This document shows, piece by piece, positions 38,691 through 51,954 of a DNA stretch of 64,000 nt. How positions within the stretch are numbered: the stretch's first letter is position 1; every line of letters starts with the position of its first letter. The stretch comes from Macrostomum lignano (taxonomy: Eukaryota). Below the pieces are notes generated by a model. It ran no database searches, was not told where the DNA came from, and saw nothing but the letters and a program-made list of their open reading frames with translations. The translations under genes and the position numbers were made by a program. The stretch is taken from assembly GCA_002269645.1 (NCBI GenBank), contig NIVC01000004.1, positions 517,971-581,970 of the forward strand. The letters run 5' to 3'.

Positions 38691-39934
38691 TTAAGATTCT
38701 TTAGAAGAACAGAACCGTGCCCAGAGCAGTGCCGCTGAGTTCCACCAGGCTTCATGGGCTTGCAGAAGCTCAATGGCAACCAGGGTTCCATCATCAGCTG
38801 CGCATTTGGCGTAGTTCTTGTTCAAGAAACGCATTCAAGTTTTCAACATTGCAATTCCATGCCTGTCCTTGCTGAACCAGTTCGTCGCATTCAGTTCCGT
38901 GAAACTGGCATCAAACGAGATCTTCAGCGCCGTGACGCCGTTCTTGAGCAGCTCGACCGAGATCGTGTTGCCGGACACGAGTCTCACGAGATCCGGAAGT
39001 CGGTCGAGCCAACACGAGCGCCAGAAGCCGAGCGGAGGCGGTCCGACGATCGGCGACACGAGGAGAGACCGGTTGCAGTTGACGGGCGTGAGGAACGAGT
39101 CCAGGACGTTGACTTGGCTACCGGACTTGACCGCGAACAGCACGAGTCTCGACTTGCCAGAAAGTTTGAGACTTTGTATGGTCACATTAGGTGGGATGTT
39201 GCAGACCCCGAGCCTGTCGATGAGGTTTGGTTAGAGGCAGGAGGGCTGTGTGCACCCTAGCCCAGCACTTTAAGCGTCATTGTGTCACACAACCGGCAAG
39301 AGGCATTGCCTGTGCAACGTACGCGCACCGATGTACATCTACGCGCTCGTATCATTAATATATATTGGCTAACACTATAGCTGAGAGCTACCTCTCCTCT
39401 CCTTCGTCTCAAGTGAAGTGACTTATTCATTTGGCCAGCGGCCACAACAAACCCTGAGCAGGCACACAAGCGCGTGGATACGTACGCAGTCATACGCACA
39501 AGCACACACTCACACAGGAGTGTACAGCGGTCCTAACTTCACTGTGCCTTGGCGGTTGGCCCTCAAGGGCGTTAATTGCACGATCAGACCCAAGCCGAGA
39601 TTAATGTGACTGCACTTGGAATCGAGCATGGGCCGCCGGCACATCAGAGCGCCGCGCTGTACACTGGGCTACGCCCCCCGTCGATGAGGTTTAATGAATG
39701 AAAGCAAGCTCAACTCTCCCCATCTTCAGCCTCAGCTAGTACTGTTGAAGAGCTCGCTAAGCAGGGGCAGCTATTTGAGGACCTGCAGACGCACGCTCGA
39801 TTCGGCTCCACCAGAGCCATCAGATACAGGAGAGCCAACCTTTCCCAGGCTGCCAGGTGCAAGCGCGGATCATTGCAGTCTTGCCGAGTCTGGTCCAACC
39901 ACTGATTTGCATTTCGTTCGCATGGTGAGACCAT
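38691..39934 (-). pseudogene. Uncharacterised protein gene with an in-frame TGA (possible pseudogene or readthrough)
   Basis: Candidate exon 39934-39783 joins in phase 2 to 39213-38835 (..RACVCR|LGVCNIPPNVTIQSLKLSGKSRLVLFAVKSGSQVNVLDSFL..TISVELLKNGVTALKISFDA..NATNWFSKDR..KT*). The same frame continues after TGA as MRFLNKNYAKCAADDGTLVAIELL.. to 38691. From memory it resembles an unnamed domain of lophotrochozoan uncharacterised proteins; not verified. Confidence 0.4.
39485..39675 (-). mobile_element. Diverged copy of second SINE family
   Basis: Minus strand: A-box TAGCCCAGTG, B-box-like GCTCGATTCC; plus-strand body gtgtacagcggtcctaacttcactgtgccttgg. Confidence 0.5.
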
Positions 39935-41615
39935 GCAGCTTCAACTTGTCACCAACCGCAGTTGAGTTGGACTAAACGATACCATGAGAATTCAGGCAGA
40001 CAGGCGCAAAGCTGGCTTACTTTTGTCTGCTGCTCAAGTCTTGCAAAGTCTCGAAAAATGTTGGAAGCAGCTTCTAGACAGCTCAGAAAAGTCGCCCCTA
40101 ATTGCTGTTTTCTCATTAGCGGGTCCCGCAGGCAGAGAGTCGCTATCCGGATATCCAGATTGACCGAGTCAAGCAGCAGCGGGCATCCGAGCAGAGAAAC
40201 TGAGACGCCTGCCATCGCCCACCTGTCTCGGCCCAACGGATCAAAGTCTTCCCAATGCTAGCGGATTCTCCCACAGCACAGCCTGCTGGGCTCATCGCGG
40301 CGAAGGGGGTGTTTGGCATCGACCCGGAGCTGCGCACCTCGCGACGACGCGAGCTGGATATTGCATATCTGCGGTGTGCGATGAGGCAAAGAGGCTGTGT
40401 GAAGGCTCTACGGCATCAAATTTAGTTCATCTTTTGAAGAGTCTCCAGTGCGCTGAGATCGATGCAGCTGCGGGGCCTGAAACGAGGACGGAGAGCGCTG
40501 GGGGCAGACTTGAGACTCAAAGGCTTGAAGAGAACAGAAGGGGTTGCTGCTTCGTATTTCCAAGCTAAGCAGCATTTTTAAGCTCGCAGTTTTTGGCCAG
40601 TTCTGGTTACCATAGAAATTATTTTGTTTTCAGCATACTGAGCTGCAAAGCACTTCAAAGTCAGAGTTTCATGGTTCAAAATTTCTTATCAATGATGCCC
40701 TCGGCCAGCAGCTAGAGTTCAAGTCGGTGATACTGCTGGCAAAAATAAGAGAATGCACTTTTATTGCTCCACGACCAAGATGCCATTGGCTACTCATCAT
40801 TTAAACAAATGTTTGCTCTTGCTCTCTGATTTCAATAAAAGGCTTTTTGTGGGCCGGTACCAGCTCAAGTTGTCACTGCGGGTGGTGTTGCCTCAGCTGT
40901 AGGCCGCCCTGACAGATCCGCCTGGCTCTTGCTTGAAGGAGCCGGGGCGAGAGAGTCGCTGAAGGGCTGGTCTGCTCCGGGATGCCCCGGGCCGCATTTT
41001 AGAGGGGTGGGTTGGCAGACAGGAAGCGAGTGCCCGCCCTGCTCACCTGAGTCTCGGCCGCAACCAGCTATTAAGCTGCACACACACACGCGCGCGCGCA
41101 CAGCCCCCTATCCTCTTCTGCTCGCCAAATCTTCTTCTAGAAGCACAAAAAGCCTCTGAGTCAACATCGCGCTGCGCTCCTCTACCTGAAAGAAGCAGGC
41201 AGGAGGAATGAGAGGGGGAGGTGGGGAGAGGAGAAGACGGGGGGGATAAGTCTGGTGTGGAATTGGCCAGAATTGAGAACTGATACAGGAAAAGCTGCTC
41301 TGAGGACAAGAAGCACAAGATCTGGGGAGTCGAGGCAAACCCAAGGGGAAGAAATTGAAGGCGATGGGATAAGCTGGGACGCAAGTGGCTACCCCGTCTG
41401 CCATCAGCAATTTGTAAGACAAAGCAAATAGTAGACAAATTCTTGACAGTCGCTTTTCTGCGTTGATGCAATCAATGCTCTGTGAATTCTGCGATGCAAA
41501 TTCATGTAGAGCGCCGCAGCTCCGTCACGTAGACAAATTTCCCACTGAAAACAGGATTGGCCATTGAGGAAGTTTAATGTTTGAATTGGGGGATGAAACT
41601 CATGCAAATAATTTT

Positions 41616-42542
41616 GAGAGGGTTGGTTCTGAGCGGGTTGGTTCTGAGAGGGTTGGTTCTGAGAGGGTTGGTTCTGAGAGGGTTGGTTCTGAGAGGGTTG
41701 GTTCTGAGAGGGTTGGTTCTGAGAGGGTTGGTTCTGAGAGGGTTGGTTCTGAGAGGGTTGGTTCTGAGAGGAATGGTTCTGAGCGGGTTGGTTCTGAGAG
41801 GAATGGTTCTGAGAGGAATGGTTCTGAGAGGGTTGGTTCTGAGAGGGTTGGTTCTGAGAGGGTTGGTTCTGAGAGGGTTGGTTCTGAGAGGGTTGGTTCT
41901 GAGAGGAATGGTTCTGAGAGGGTTGGTTCTGAGAGGAATGGTTCTGAGAGGGTTGGTTCTGAGAGGGTTGGTTCTGAGAGGGTTGGTTCTGAGAGGGTTG
42001 GTTCTGAGAGGAATGGTTCTGAGAGGGTTGGTTCTGAGAGGAATGGTTCTGAGAGGGTTGGTTCTGAGAGGGTTGGTTCTGAGAGGGTTGGTTCTGAGAG
42101 GGTTGGTTCTGAGAGGAATGGTTCTGAGCGGGTTGGTTCTGAGAGGGTTGGTTCTGAGAGGGTTGGTTCTGAGAGGGTTGGTTCTGAGAGGGTTGGTTCT
42201 GAGAGGGTTGGTTCTGAGAGGGTTGGTTCTGAGAGGGTTGGTTCTGAGAGGGTTGGTTCTGAGCGGGTTGGTTCTGAGAGGGTTGGTTCTGAGAGGGTTG
42301 GTTCTGAGAGGGTTGGTTCTGAGAGGGTTGGTTCTGAGAGGGTTGGTTCTGAGAGGGTTGGTTCTGAGAGGGTTGGTTCTGAGAGGGTTGGTTCTGAGAG
42401 GGTTGGTTCTGAGAGGGTTGGTTCTGAGAGGGTTGGTTCTGAGAGGGTTGGTTCTGAGAGGGTTGGTTCTGAGAGGGTTGGTTCTGAGAGGGTTGGTTCT
42501 GAGAGGGTTGGTTCTGAGAGGGTTGGTTCTGAGAGGGTTGAT
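41616..42542. repeat. 15-bp minisatellite (gagagggttggttct)n
   Basis: About 60 units. Confidence 0.97.
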
Positions 42543-44679
42543 ACTCAGAGGGATTAGTGTTAGAGTGAAGGAAGAAGTGAAACTTGAAGAGGAGATTTCA
42601 GCTCCCCATCCTCAAGCAGACGCGAGTGCCTCGGACGAGAGCAGGCCGGAGCTGACAACTGATGACAGCCGGGCCCATTGGCCCAGCCGGCCTCGCCCAC
42701 AAGCGGTCGGGGGCGGAGGCTCCCCGGCAGGTCGGACTCGCTGGCTGGCCGGGAGCCAATGGCAGGTCTGGGCCGGGAGACGGCTGCTGGCAAGAACCAC
42801 CGGGCGGAGAAGAGGGTCCGCAGTGAGGAGCGGACCGGCTGCAGCATTCTGCCAACAGTCTGTCAGGATGTTATAAAAACTTCATCTCCAACGCCCTCTG
42901 AGCTGTAAAGCAGCCTCAGGAGATACAGGTGATTGAACGAGCTGAGCGACAGAGAGAGAAAGACAGGGGATAGGGAAGCGCCATCAAGCGAGGCCAGTTT
43001 CCATCGCTCCGCTTCCGCACCTGAGACAACAGGTGAGCGCTACTTGGCTCACGGCCCGGCGGGACGCACGCGACGCGACGCGACGTTCAAGTGTAAGTGT
43101 AACAGGTGTACGCTGAGCCGCCCCGCCCTGAGCCTCGGATCGAATTCTCCGTTGTCAATGACAACAACTCCAGCTGCTGCAGCACCTGGGATGCGCTCAG
43201 AGAGCCACTTTTTGAGAAATCCCACGCTCCCGGGGGTTAGCTCACCTCCCACGGAGCATCTCCTCTCCTCACTTTCTTTCCTGCATCAGGAGAGGAGAAA
43301 CTCAGAGAGAGCTGGAGATAGCAGGGAGGGAGGGGATGAGGTTGAGTGGTTTATAAGAATTCCCCCTTTGTCAAGCTGTGAGCAGCTCAAGCCAAAGTAG
43401 CAATGAGCTTAACTGCGTCCTTCTAATGTCAAAAGAGATCATCTGAGCAAAAGTACAGCTTAGTGTCTGGTTTTGCCTCGGATCCCTAATTTTTATTCAA
43501 TTAGTCAACTGAAATCCCGAACTTCAATGATGAGTTTATCTGTTTTCTGTCGAAATAGTTCAGCCAATTGCATCGCGGAGGTGGGGTGGGTGTCTGTGTA
43601 CATTAGCATAGCAATTGAACCTGTGCAGACTGCAAGCATACTGGTAAGATTCAGAACCCAGCTGGCCAATCATGTTTATGATGCGCATTCAATGCAGTCA
43701 ATATGCTCCTTTATCCAGTGCAATTTCAATTTGGCACTCTGTGACCACCAGCAGCGGCCCCCGCTATCTCCTACCCTAAGCGATCAATTCAGCCCCTCTG
43801 CCTATCCATCTGCTATTGGCTCGGTAATGATCGGTATGAATACGGAGCCAGACAGATTGTCTGTGTATTGCTGAGCTGATGGGGCGGCTGGCAGAGCAAG
43901 CACTGAGTAGCTACTGCAGCTGCTGGCGAGGACCAGCGTGTGTGTGTGCCTGGCTTCTGTATGCCCCATCACTTGGTCCAGCCTCATGCTCCCCATCTCA
44001 GCAGTCGTCCCGTTCTAGTCGGGCACTGTCTCATTATTGAGAACAGCCCGGGACAAACGGGCGCAGCGAGTGTGAGAGGCCTCCGAGTGGGCTGCAGGCG
44101 GGACAAGTGCGGGACAAAGTAAAGCTTGAGCCGCCCCCTCTAAGCTCAGCTGGGGAGAACTCTGACTTCGTCGTTCCCTCCGGGTCAGCCGCATATTTAT
44201 ATAGAGTGTGAGCCGCTCGGGCAAGCACTCAAATGCGAGTGCTGGCGGCGCAGGTTTCGGCGCTGAACTTCGCCTCGCAGCGTCCCCAGCAGGTTCCGAT
44301 TCGCCCTCCCCCTGGTGGCCCTTCAAGCCCAGGCCAGGGGTTTTCCGCCTCGGGTGCGCGAGGGGAGCTTCAATCTCGGTGATGCCGGGGCTCTCAATGG
44401 GAATGAGAGGGGAGCCGACAAGGGCCAGACAGGGCGATGAAGGGCGCGTCTCGGATTTCGCCCAGCCTCCCGCTGCCCCTGGGCCCGGCTCTCCATCAGG
44501 CCAGGCTGGTAATGGGCTGACCGGGCTGAAAATATTGCCTGCAGCTCGAATGCGGTGAATGTCCGGCCCGAATCAGGGAATCCGGTTGTGAGGGACTCAT
44601 TCACTTTCTTCCCGCTCAGTGGGGGATCAAAACAGGTGGGCGGGGAGTTTTATTATCAAAATAGCATCAGAATGGCACT

Positions 44680-45200
44680 GAAACATCATCAGAACCGCAC
44701 TGAAGCAGCATCAGAACCGCACTGAAACAGCATCAGAACCGCACTGAAACAGCATCAGAGTCACACTGAAACAGCATCAGAATGACACTGAAACAGCATC
44801 AGAGTCACACTGAAACAGCATCAGAATGACACTGAAACAGCATCAGAGTCACACTGAAACAGCATCAGAATGACACTGAAACAGCATCAGAATGACACTG
44901 AAACAGCATCAGAATGACACTGAAACAGCATCAGAACCGCACTGAAACAGCATCAGAATGACACTGAAACAGCATCAGAGTCACACTGAAACAGCATCAG
45001 AATGACACTGAAACAGCATCAGAATGACACTGAAACAGCATCAGAATGACACTGAAACAGCATCAGAATGACACTGAAACAGCATCAGAACCGCACTGAA
45101 ACAGCATCAGAATGACACTGAAACAGCATCAGAATGACACTGAAACAGCATCAGAATGACACTGAAACAGCATCAGAATGACACTGAAACAGCATCAGAA
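44680..45200. repeat. 22-bp minisatellite (cactgaaacagcatcagaatga)n
   Basis: Tandem units. Confidence 0.95.
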
Positions 45201-46254
45201 CCCCTCTGCAATGTCCTGAGAAGCGGCAGGATCAGTCCGATCTGAATACCAACAAGCGACAGGAAGCGGCAGCTCCCGTAACAAGCTGCCCCTGAACTGG
45301 ATAACACGATGGCAGTTCCGCCCGAGCGCCTCATTGTCTGTCACGGGGACAGCAGCGAGTCGCGCGAACAATGGCGCTCTGGCCTCACAATTATCGTGTT
45401 AGCGGAAAGCCAATCAATCTGTAGTGAAGGCCAGACAATGGGACAGATGGGACGCGGGGCAGGACCAGCAGACAGTCAGACTCCAAGAGGCTTGGGATTT
45501 GTACCGGGCAGACACCTCAGTCTGGCGTGGAAAAAATTGATCATCGAGCTGGCCTGTTCCCCCAGCTGCTCCGGGGTGTTGGGGAAAATCCCAATCCCTG
45601 AGCTGAGGATCCCCTCTTACTTGATAACTCTCTCCCCCGGGAGCAGTTTGGCAAGGCGATGCGGTAATTGCCAGCCTCTTACAGCAGCTCCTCTGCCTGC
45701 CCCCCCCCCGTCCTCAGCCGCCGCACCCTTAGCCAGCAGCAGCAGCAGCAGCAGCTCCCCATTCTCTCCTTCGCCACTGCGTGTTGAAAGCTGCGGTGCC
45801 ACCTCACACGTCGCCCTCTTAGTTTCAGCTGCCTGAGGTGGGCCGGGGGATGCTGGAGCCGCCATCTGGAGCGAGTTTATCCCCATCGATCAGGTGTGTC
45901 GGGGCGGGAGGGCGGGTGGCCGCTAATGCAATTATTGCGGCAGACGGGACCGCGATGGCGCGAGAAACAATTTCTGCTTCTGCTGCTGCTGCTGCTGCTA
46001 AAAGAAGACGCCAAAGTGAGTTAAAAGTGTTGAAGCTGAGCGATTAACGACTTGGCGGGGGCGGCCAAGGCTTTGCTTGGAATTTGGGGGGGGGGGGCGT
46101 TGGGCGATCGATTGTTGCCGCATCTGCAGCCCTGCACTTCCCGCTATGCAGCCATGCATTAATTCCATCCATTGTCATTGCAAAGGGCTGCCTGCTTGCA
46201 CCAACCAACCAGCAGTGACAACACAGGCGGGAACTTGCCCTTTTTGCAGGGCCG

Positions 46255-46748
46255 GCTGCGGCAAGCTACCAGACCAGCTCGGACAGGCCGGCTGCGGCAA
46301 CTAACAGACCAGCTCGGACAGGCCGGCTGCGGTAAGCTACTAGACCAGCTCGGACAGGCCAGCTGCGGTAAGCTACTAGACCAGCTCGGACAGGCCAGCT
46401 GCGGTAAGCTACTAGACCAGCTCGGACAGGCCAGCTGCGGTAAGCTACTAGACCAGCTCGGACAGCCGGCTGCGGTAAGCTACTAGACCAGCTCGGACAG
46501 CCGGCTGCGGTAAGCTACTAGACCAGCTCGGACAGGCCAGCTGCGGTAAGCTACTAGACCAGCTCGGACAGGCCAGCTGCGGTAAGCTACTAGACCAGCT
46601 CGGACAGGCCAGCTGCGGTAAGCTACTAGACCAGCTCGGACAGCTGGCTGCGGTAAGCTACTAGACCAGCTCGGACAGGCTGGCTGCGGTAAGCTACTAG
46701 ACCAGCTCGGACAGGCCGGCTGCGGTAAGCTACTAGACCAGCTCGGAC
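46255..46748. repeat. 35/36-bp minisatellite ending exactly at the GPCR ATG
   Basis: (gcggtaagctactagaccagctcggacaggccagct)n; last unit ..accagctcggac|ATG. Confidence 0.93.
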
Positions 46749-49700
46749 ATGGACGGCAGCGCGGCCATCTTGGTCCCGGTGGACCCGACAACGCTGCTCT
46801 CGCTGCTGCCACCGACTCCGGACAGAGCCCTTCTGGGTAACGCTAGCGGAAACGACAGCCTCGCCCAAAAAGCCGCTTGTCGGCCCCCGCAGGCGCTGCA
46901 GGCATTCTCTGAGGCCTACGCGGAGGCGCACAAGTACCTGGCTGTGGCTCTGTGCAGTTTCGGTGCAGCAACCAACCTACTCAACATTGCTGTACTCTGC
47001 CAGCGCTCAATGCGAAACCCTACCAACACCTTGCTGACTGCCCTGGCCGTCTCCGACTGCGTCATGTCGGCGGTGTACCTACCGTTCTGCCTCTACTTCA
47101 CCATGGGCGGCCGGCTGAAGCTCGGCTGTCCGGAACCGTACGCCTGGCTGCTGTTCCTGTGGATCCAGGTGTGCATCGTCATCCTGGCGCACGCGCTCAG
47201 CTCCTGGGTGACGGTGGCGCTGGCGGTGTTCCGCCTCATCTACATCAAGCTGCCGGTGCGCAGCAAGCAGCTCTGCACGGTGCGCACATCCTGCCTGGCC
47301 ATCGGCCTGTCCCTGCTGGCCTCCGTCTGCATGCTGGTGCCCAACATCTTCGGTCACAAAATCAGCCCCGTGGAGTCTCCCCTCGTGGAGCAGAAGCTGA
47401 ACTCCTGCCGCCTCCGGCTGGCCGCCAACTCCACCTTTTACGAGTTCCGCATGAGAGACAACGATACCATCAACAGCGTGAACTTCTGGGTCATTGGCAT
47501 CTTCATCAAGTGCCTCCCGGTACTGCTGCTCACCATTCTCAGCGTCCTCCTCATCCGGTCGCTTCGTCGGACGGTGCGGAGGCGGCGCACCTTGCGGGCC
47601 AGCAGCAGGCGAGCAGTCCAGGTGGCCGCGCCAACTCCTGCTGCCGCTGCCGCCGCCGCCGCGGTGGCTGCCCGCCAGGCTCTGGCTTCGTCATCCACGA
47701 CGGCTGGCGGTGGCGGTGGCGGTGGCGGCGGCGGCGGCGGCGGGGACGACGCTCAGTCGAACCGGACCACCAAGCTTCTCATGACGATCATCCTGGTCAG
47801 CGTGCTCAGCATTCTGCCCCAGGTAAGTTCTTGCGCGCCTGACTGATGCTCTCATTAGCGGTTCAGGAACTCCGAGCGATCAATCAACCCTCAGTGAACT
47901 TGCAGCGGAAAAGTACACAGAGGTCACATCGAGCCGGGCTTCCTCTGAATTGTCGAGTCTGACTGGTAATGAGAGCCCCTCCCCTCCCCCTCCAGTGACA
48001 AAGCCGCTGATATTGAGGCTCTTACGAGTATTTGGCCGCAGTGCCGGCAACTCGGAGGCAAGACAAGCCTGGCGTGTCCTGTGGCGCAAGGATATTCGCT
48101 TTCGCAGGCTTCTGCGCCCTGCCCCCCCCTCCGACTCGCATATTCCGCCTCGCCAAACAACAGCTGTCTGGCCGCTAAAGCAGATGAGCGCTCACGGGCG
48201 ACATCTGAGAGCCGCAGCTTTCACTTGGCCAGCTCGGCTGCAAAGCCGGCGACTCGTTCCTAGGAATAAACTGTCGATAGCGAGGCTCACTGATTAGGGC
48301 GGCAACTCATCTGCCCGTCCCCCCAGCAGTTCGATTTTCTTTCCCTGCCCCCGGCTTCCTGCCGCCGAGCAGAGGCTGAGCAGATCGGCTCCTGCAGAGT
48401 TCTGCTCAGCGATTTGACCGCTTGGCTGAGCACTGGCCGAGCACTGCTCTGCCTTCTACTGCTCACATTTTTCTACTCATAAATATCTAGGACCTTTATT
48501 GCTTCCGTGTTTAATCAACTCACTCTTATTATTTATCTCATTTTTGCTTCCACAGCTTTTCTTCCTGCTTCTTCTCCGTCTCCGTAATTTCGTCTCATCC
48601 TCACCCTCTCATTCACCCTCTCCCTCACCCTCTCCCTCACCCTCTCCCTCACCCTCTCCCTCACCCTCTCCCTCACCCTCTCCTTCACCCTCTCATTCAC
48701 CCTCTCCCTCACCCTCTCCCTCACCCTCTCCCTCACCCTCTCATTCACCCTCTCCCTCACCCTCTCCCTCACCCTCTCATTCACCCTCTCCCTCACCCTC
48801 TCCCTCACCCTCTCATTCACCCTCTCCCTCACCCTCTCCCTCACCCTCTCCCTCACCCTCTCCCTCACCCTCTCCCTCACCCTCTCCCTCACCCTCTCCC
48901 TCACCCTCTCTCTCACCCTCTCCCTCATCCTCTCCCACACTCTCTCTTTCATAATCACCCTCTCCTTCACCCTCACCCTCTTCCTCACCCTAACCTTCTT
49001 GCGCACCCTGAAGCCACGGCGGCTCAAGCTCAATCTTGAGCTTCAAGACTTCCCTGATCTTCCCCATCTGGTTACTTCCCTCTGCTCCCACAAAAATGCA
49101 TCGGGCCGACTTGCCTCAGCTCGCAACGAATGGCATATTTTCAGCCTTTCAATCAGCAATTCGAGCTCTCAGCACTGCTTGTTTGCGTCATTTGTTTTCA
49201 ATAATGTGAGCCTTGTTTACTTCTCCCGAGTGTGCAGTCGCGGGAAGCCCTGCGCTCTTTTAGCAACGTCCTCTCTTGTCTATTTTTCATCCATTTGAGA
49301 GCCAAAGAAGAGCTGAGGAGCAAAACTGCCATGCACTTTTATCAGGACTGGGATTTTGGCTCGGGGCGCTGGAAGTATTTTTGCCAAGATTATGCGGGTC
49401 ATCAGCATTTCCAGACAGAACGGGTCATAAAATTCTCATCCAGCTTCCTGCTTCATCAAAAACTGGCCAACAGCTCGGCAGTTTCCCTTCGTCTGGCTTT
49501 GCGCTCCCCAGGGCGTCATTTTCCTGGTGCTCGGCTCGCTGTCGTCCCAGCAGGCGAAGAACTGCTTCACCAGCCAGTTCTACGACCCCCTGGGAGATCT
49601 GTTCGACCTCATGACGCTGTTCAACCACAGCATCAACTTCATCTTCTACTACGGCATGTCCAAGCAGTTCCGCACCGCCTTCGACCGCCTGCTGCGACTC

Positions 49701-50072
49701 GCTTGCTTCCGCGGCGGCGGTGGCGGTGGCGGCGGTGGCGTCGGCGTCAGGGGCGGCGGTGCTGGAGGAGGCGGTGGCGGCTGCGGCGGCGGCAATGGTG
49801 GCGCGGGTGGCGGCAGCGGCGTGGGAGAATGGAGGAAGCGGCGCTGGCGGTCGCGGCAGATGGATTCGATCGGGTCGTCGCTGAGGTCAACCCTCCATAG
49901 CTCGGCCTCCGCCTCCGCCTCCCTGCGCGGGGCCCGCAACGGCGGAGCTGCGGCTGAAGCGGCGGACGCTAATTCGGCAACTTCAAAGGCGGTTGCGGCC
50001 GCAGACGTGGCTGCGGAGGCCGAGACTGGTGGCCACGTGCTGGAGCCGCTGCTCGAAGATAGCGCGGTCTGA
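46749..50072 (+). CDS. Class A peptide GPCR, myosuppressin-receptor/DMSR (Srw, flatworm PROF1-like) family, 544 aa
   Basis: Exon 46749-47822 (TM1-6: [104 protein letters not shown]|gtaagt) joins in phase 0 to ccccag|49512-50072 ([35 protein letters not shown]). Poly-Gly/Ala tracts in ICL3 and the C-tail. Confidence 0.92.
48600..48925. repeat. 12-bp intronic repeat (tcaccctctccc)n
   Basis: In the GPCR intron. Confidence 0.93.
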
Positions 50073-50179
50073 CCTTGACCTCTGTGACCTCTGTGACCTT
50101 TTTGACATTGACCGTGTTGACTGTGACTGGAACCTATCAGACATTTTACAAGCAGTAGGACTAAAAATGGTAATTCGTA

Positions 50180-51160
50180 GGCAGCACTCTCCCTCATTGG
50201 CACTCTCCCTCATTGGCACTCTCCCTCATTGGCACTCTTCCTCATTGGCACTCTCCCTCATTGGCACTCTCCCTCATTGGCACTCTCCCTCATTGGCACT
50301 CTTCCTCATTGGCACTCTCCCTCATTGGCACTCTCCCTCATTGGCACTCTCCCTCATTGGCACTCTCCCTCATTGACACTCTCCCTCATTGGCACTCTCC
50401 CTCATTGGCACTCTCCCTCATTGGCACTCTCCCTCATTAGCACTCTCCCTCATTGGCACTCTCCCTCATTAGCACTCTCCCTCATTGGCACTCCCTGCTT
50501 GGCACTCTCCCTGCCTAGCACTCACCCTGCTTAGCACTCACCCTGCTTAGCACTCTCCCTGCTTAGCACTCAACCTGTTTGCCACTCCCTGCTTGTCCCT
50601 CCCTGCTTGGCACTCCCTGCTTAGCACTCACCCTGCTTAGCACTCACCCTGCTTAGCACTCACCCTGCTTAGCACTCACCCTGCTTAGCACTCACCCTGC
50701 TTAGCACTCACCCTGCTTAGCACTCTCCCTGCTTAGCACTCAACCTGTTTGCCACTCCCTGCTTGTCACTCCCTGCTTGGCACTCCCTGCTTAGCACTCA
50801 CCCTGCTTAGCACTCACCCTGCTTAGCACTCACCCTGCTTAGCACTCACCCTGCTTAGCACTCACCCTGCTTAGCACTCACCCTGCTTAGCACTCACCCT
50901 GCTTAGCACTCACCCTGCTTAGCACTCACCCTGCTTAGCACTCACCCTGCTTAGCACTCACCCTGCTTAGCACTCACCCTGCTTAGCACTCACCCTGCTT
51001 AGCACTCACCCTGCTTAGCACTCACCCTGCTTAGCACTCACCCTGCTTAGCACTCACCCTGCTTAGCACTCACCCTGCTTAGCACTCACCCTGCTTAGCA
51101 CTCACCCTGCTTAGCACTCAACCTGTTTGGCACTCCCTGCTTGTCACTCCCTGCTTGGCA
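50180..51160. repeat. Two adjacent related 16-bp arrays (gcactctccctcattg)n then (gcactcaccctgctta)n
   Basis: Switch of unit at ~50495. Confidence 0.93.
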
Positions 51161-51954
51161 CTCCCTACTTGGCACTCTTCCCACTGTTTGCTATGCTGCG
51201 CGGCTGATGACACGGCAGCTGCCCAAGTCCCCAGTCCACTTTCGCAACATTCCCCAAGCCAATGCCTGCTAGCACTAATTAGCCCGCTTTTCAACTCGGC
51301 AACACAGAGCCGTTTGTTAATTATTCTCTGCTCACTGCTCTCCGCGCGCATCGCACCGAACATTATTTTATACGGCAACTCCGACCACAGGTCTAACTAA
51401 TGCTGAGAGTCAGAGCTCTGTGAAACACATCGAACTGCTAGATTTCTATTTTCACTGAACTGACTGTTACTCGTATTTGCCCCCCCCCCAAGTAACTCGC
51501 TGACGTGGCAGTGCAGCTGCGCTGTTCAAAAGCGATTCGACCCAGTTGCAGGCTACTGTGTCGAATCGTCAGTGACACCCGCGCCTCCCCGCTGTGTCTA
51601 CGGACCACCCTGCAGCTGTTTGGCGAATTGCCGGTTCATTGCACCGGGAGACGAGAATGGGTAAACAGTTGTTGCTAAATCTCTAAACAGGGCCAGGTTG
51701 CTGCTGTATAGCAGTGGCTTGAACCTGTGGCTGCAACAGCACGATTTCGGGTAGTTATAAACTAACCATAGCTGATTTCTGTGAAATATCAGCAGTTTTT
51801 TGTATCCTAATCCAGACTTACCTGTGAAGTGTTAAAGTACACGCGAACTCAAACTTACGAGCGGCAAATTCCGAGTTTTTTGGGTTGTCGATTTTTTTGG
51901 CATGCTAATGGACAGCTTGAGTGATGTAGAAGGCGCACTCGCTGGCGGTGCCAA

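Noticed and set aside
41577-42876. Long ORFs (326 and 431 aa; ERVGS / LRGLV repeats)
   Set aside because: They are stop-free readings of the 15-bp minisatellite, with no splice or homology support. The same applies to the repeat ORFs at 3.3-3.8, 48.5-49.0, 52-54, 57.7-58.6, 59.8-60.4 and 63.1-63.9 kb.
50070-50099. Four TGACCT nuclear-receptor half-sites starting at the GPCR stop codon
   Set aside because: Explained equally well by a short 6/9-bp micro-repeat in a repeat-prone genome; cannot be supported as regulatory.
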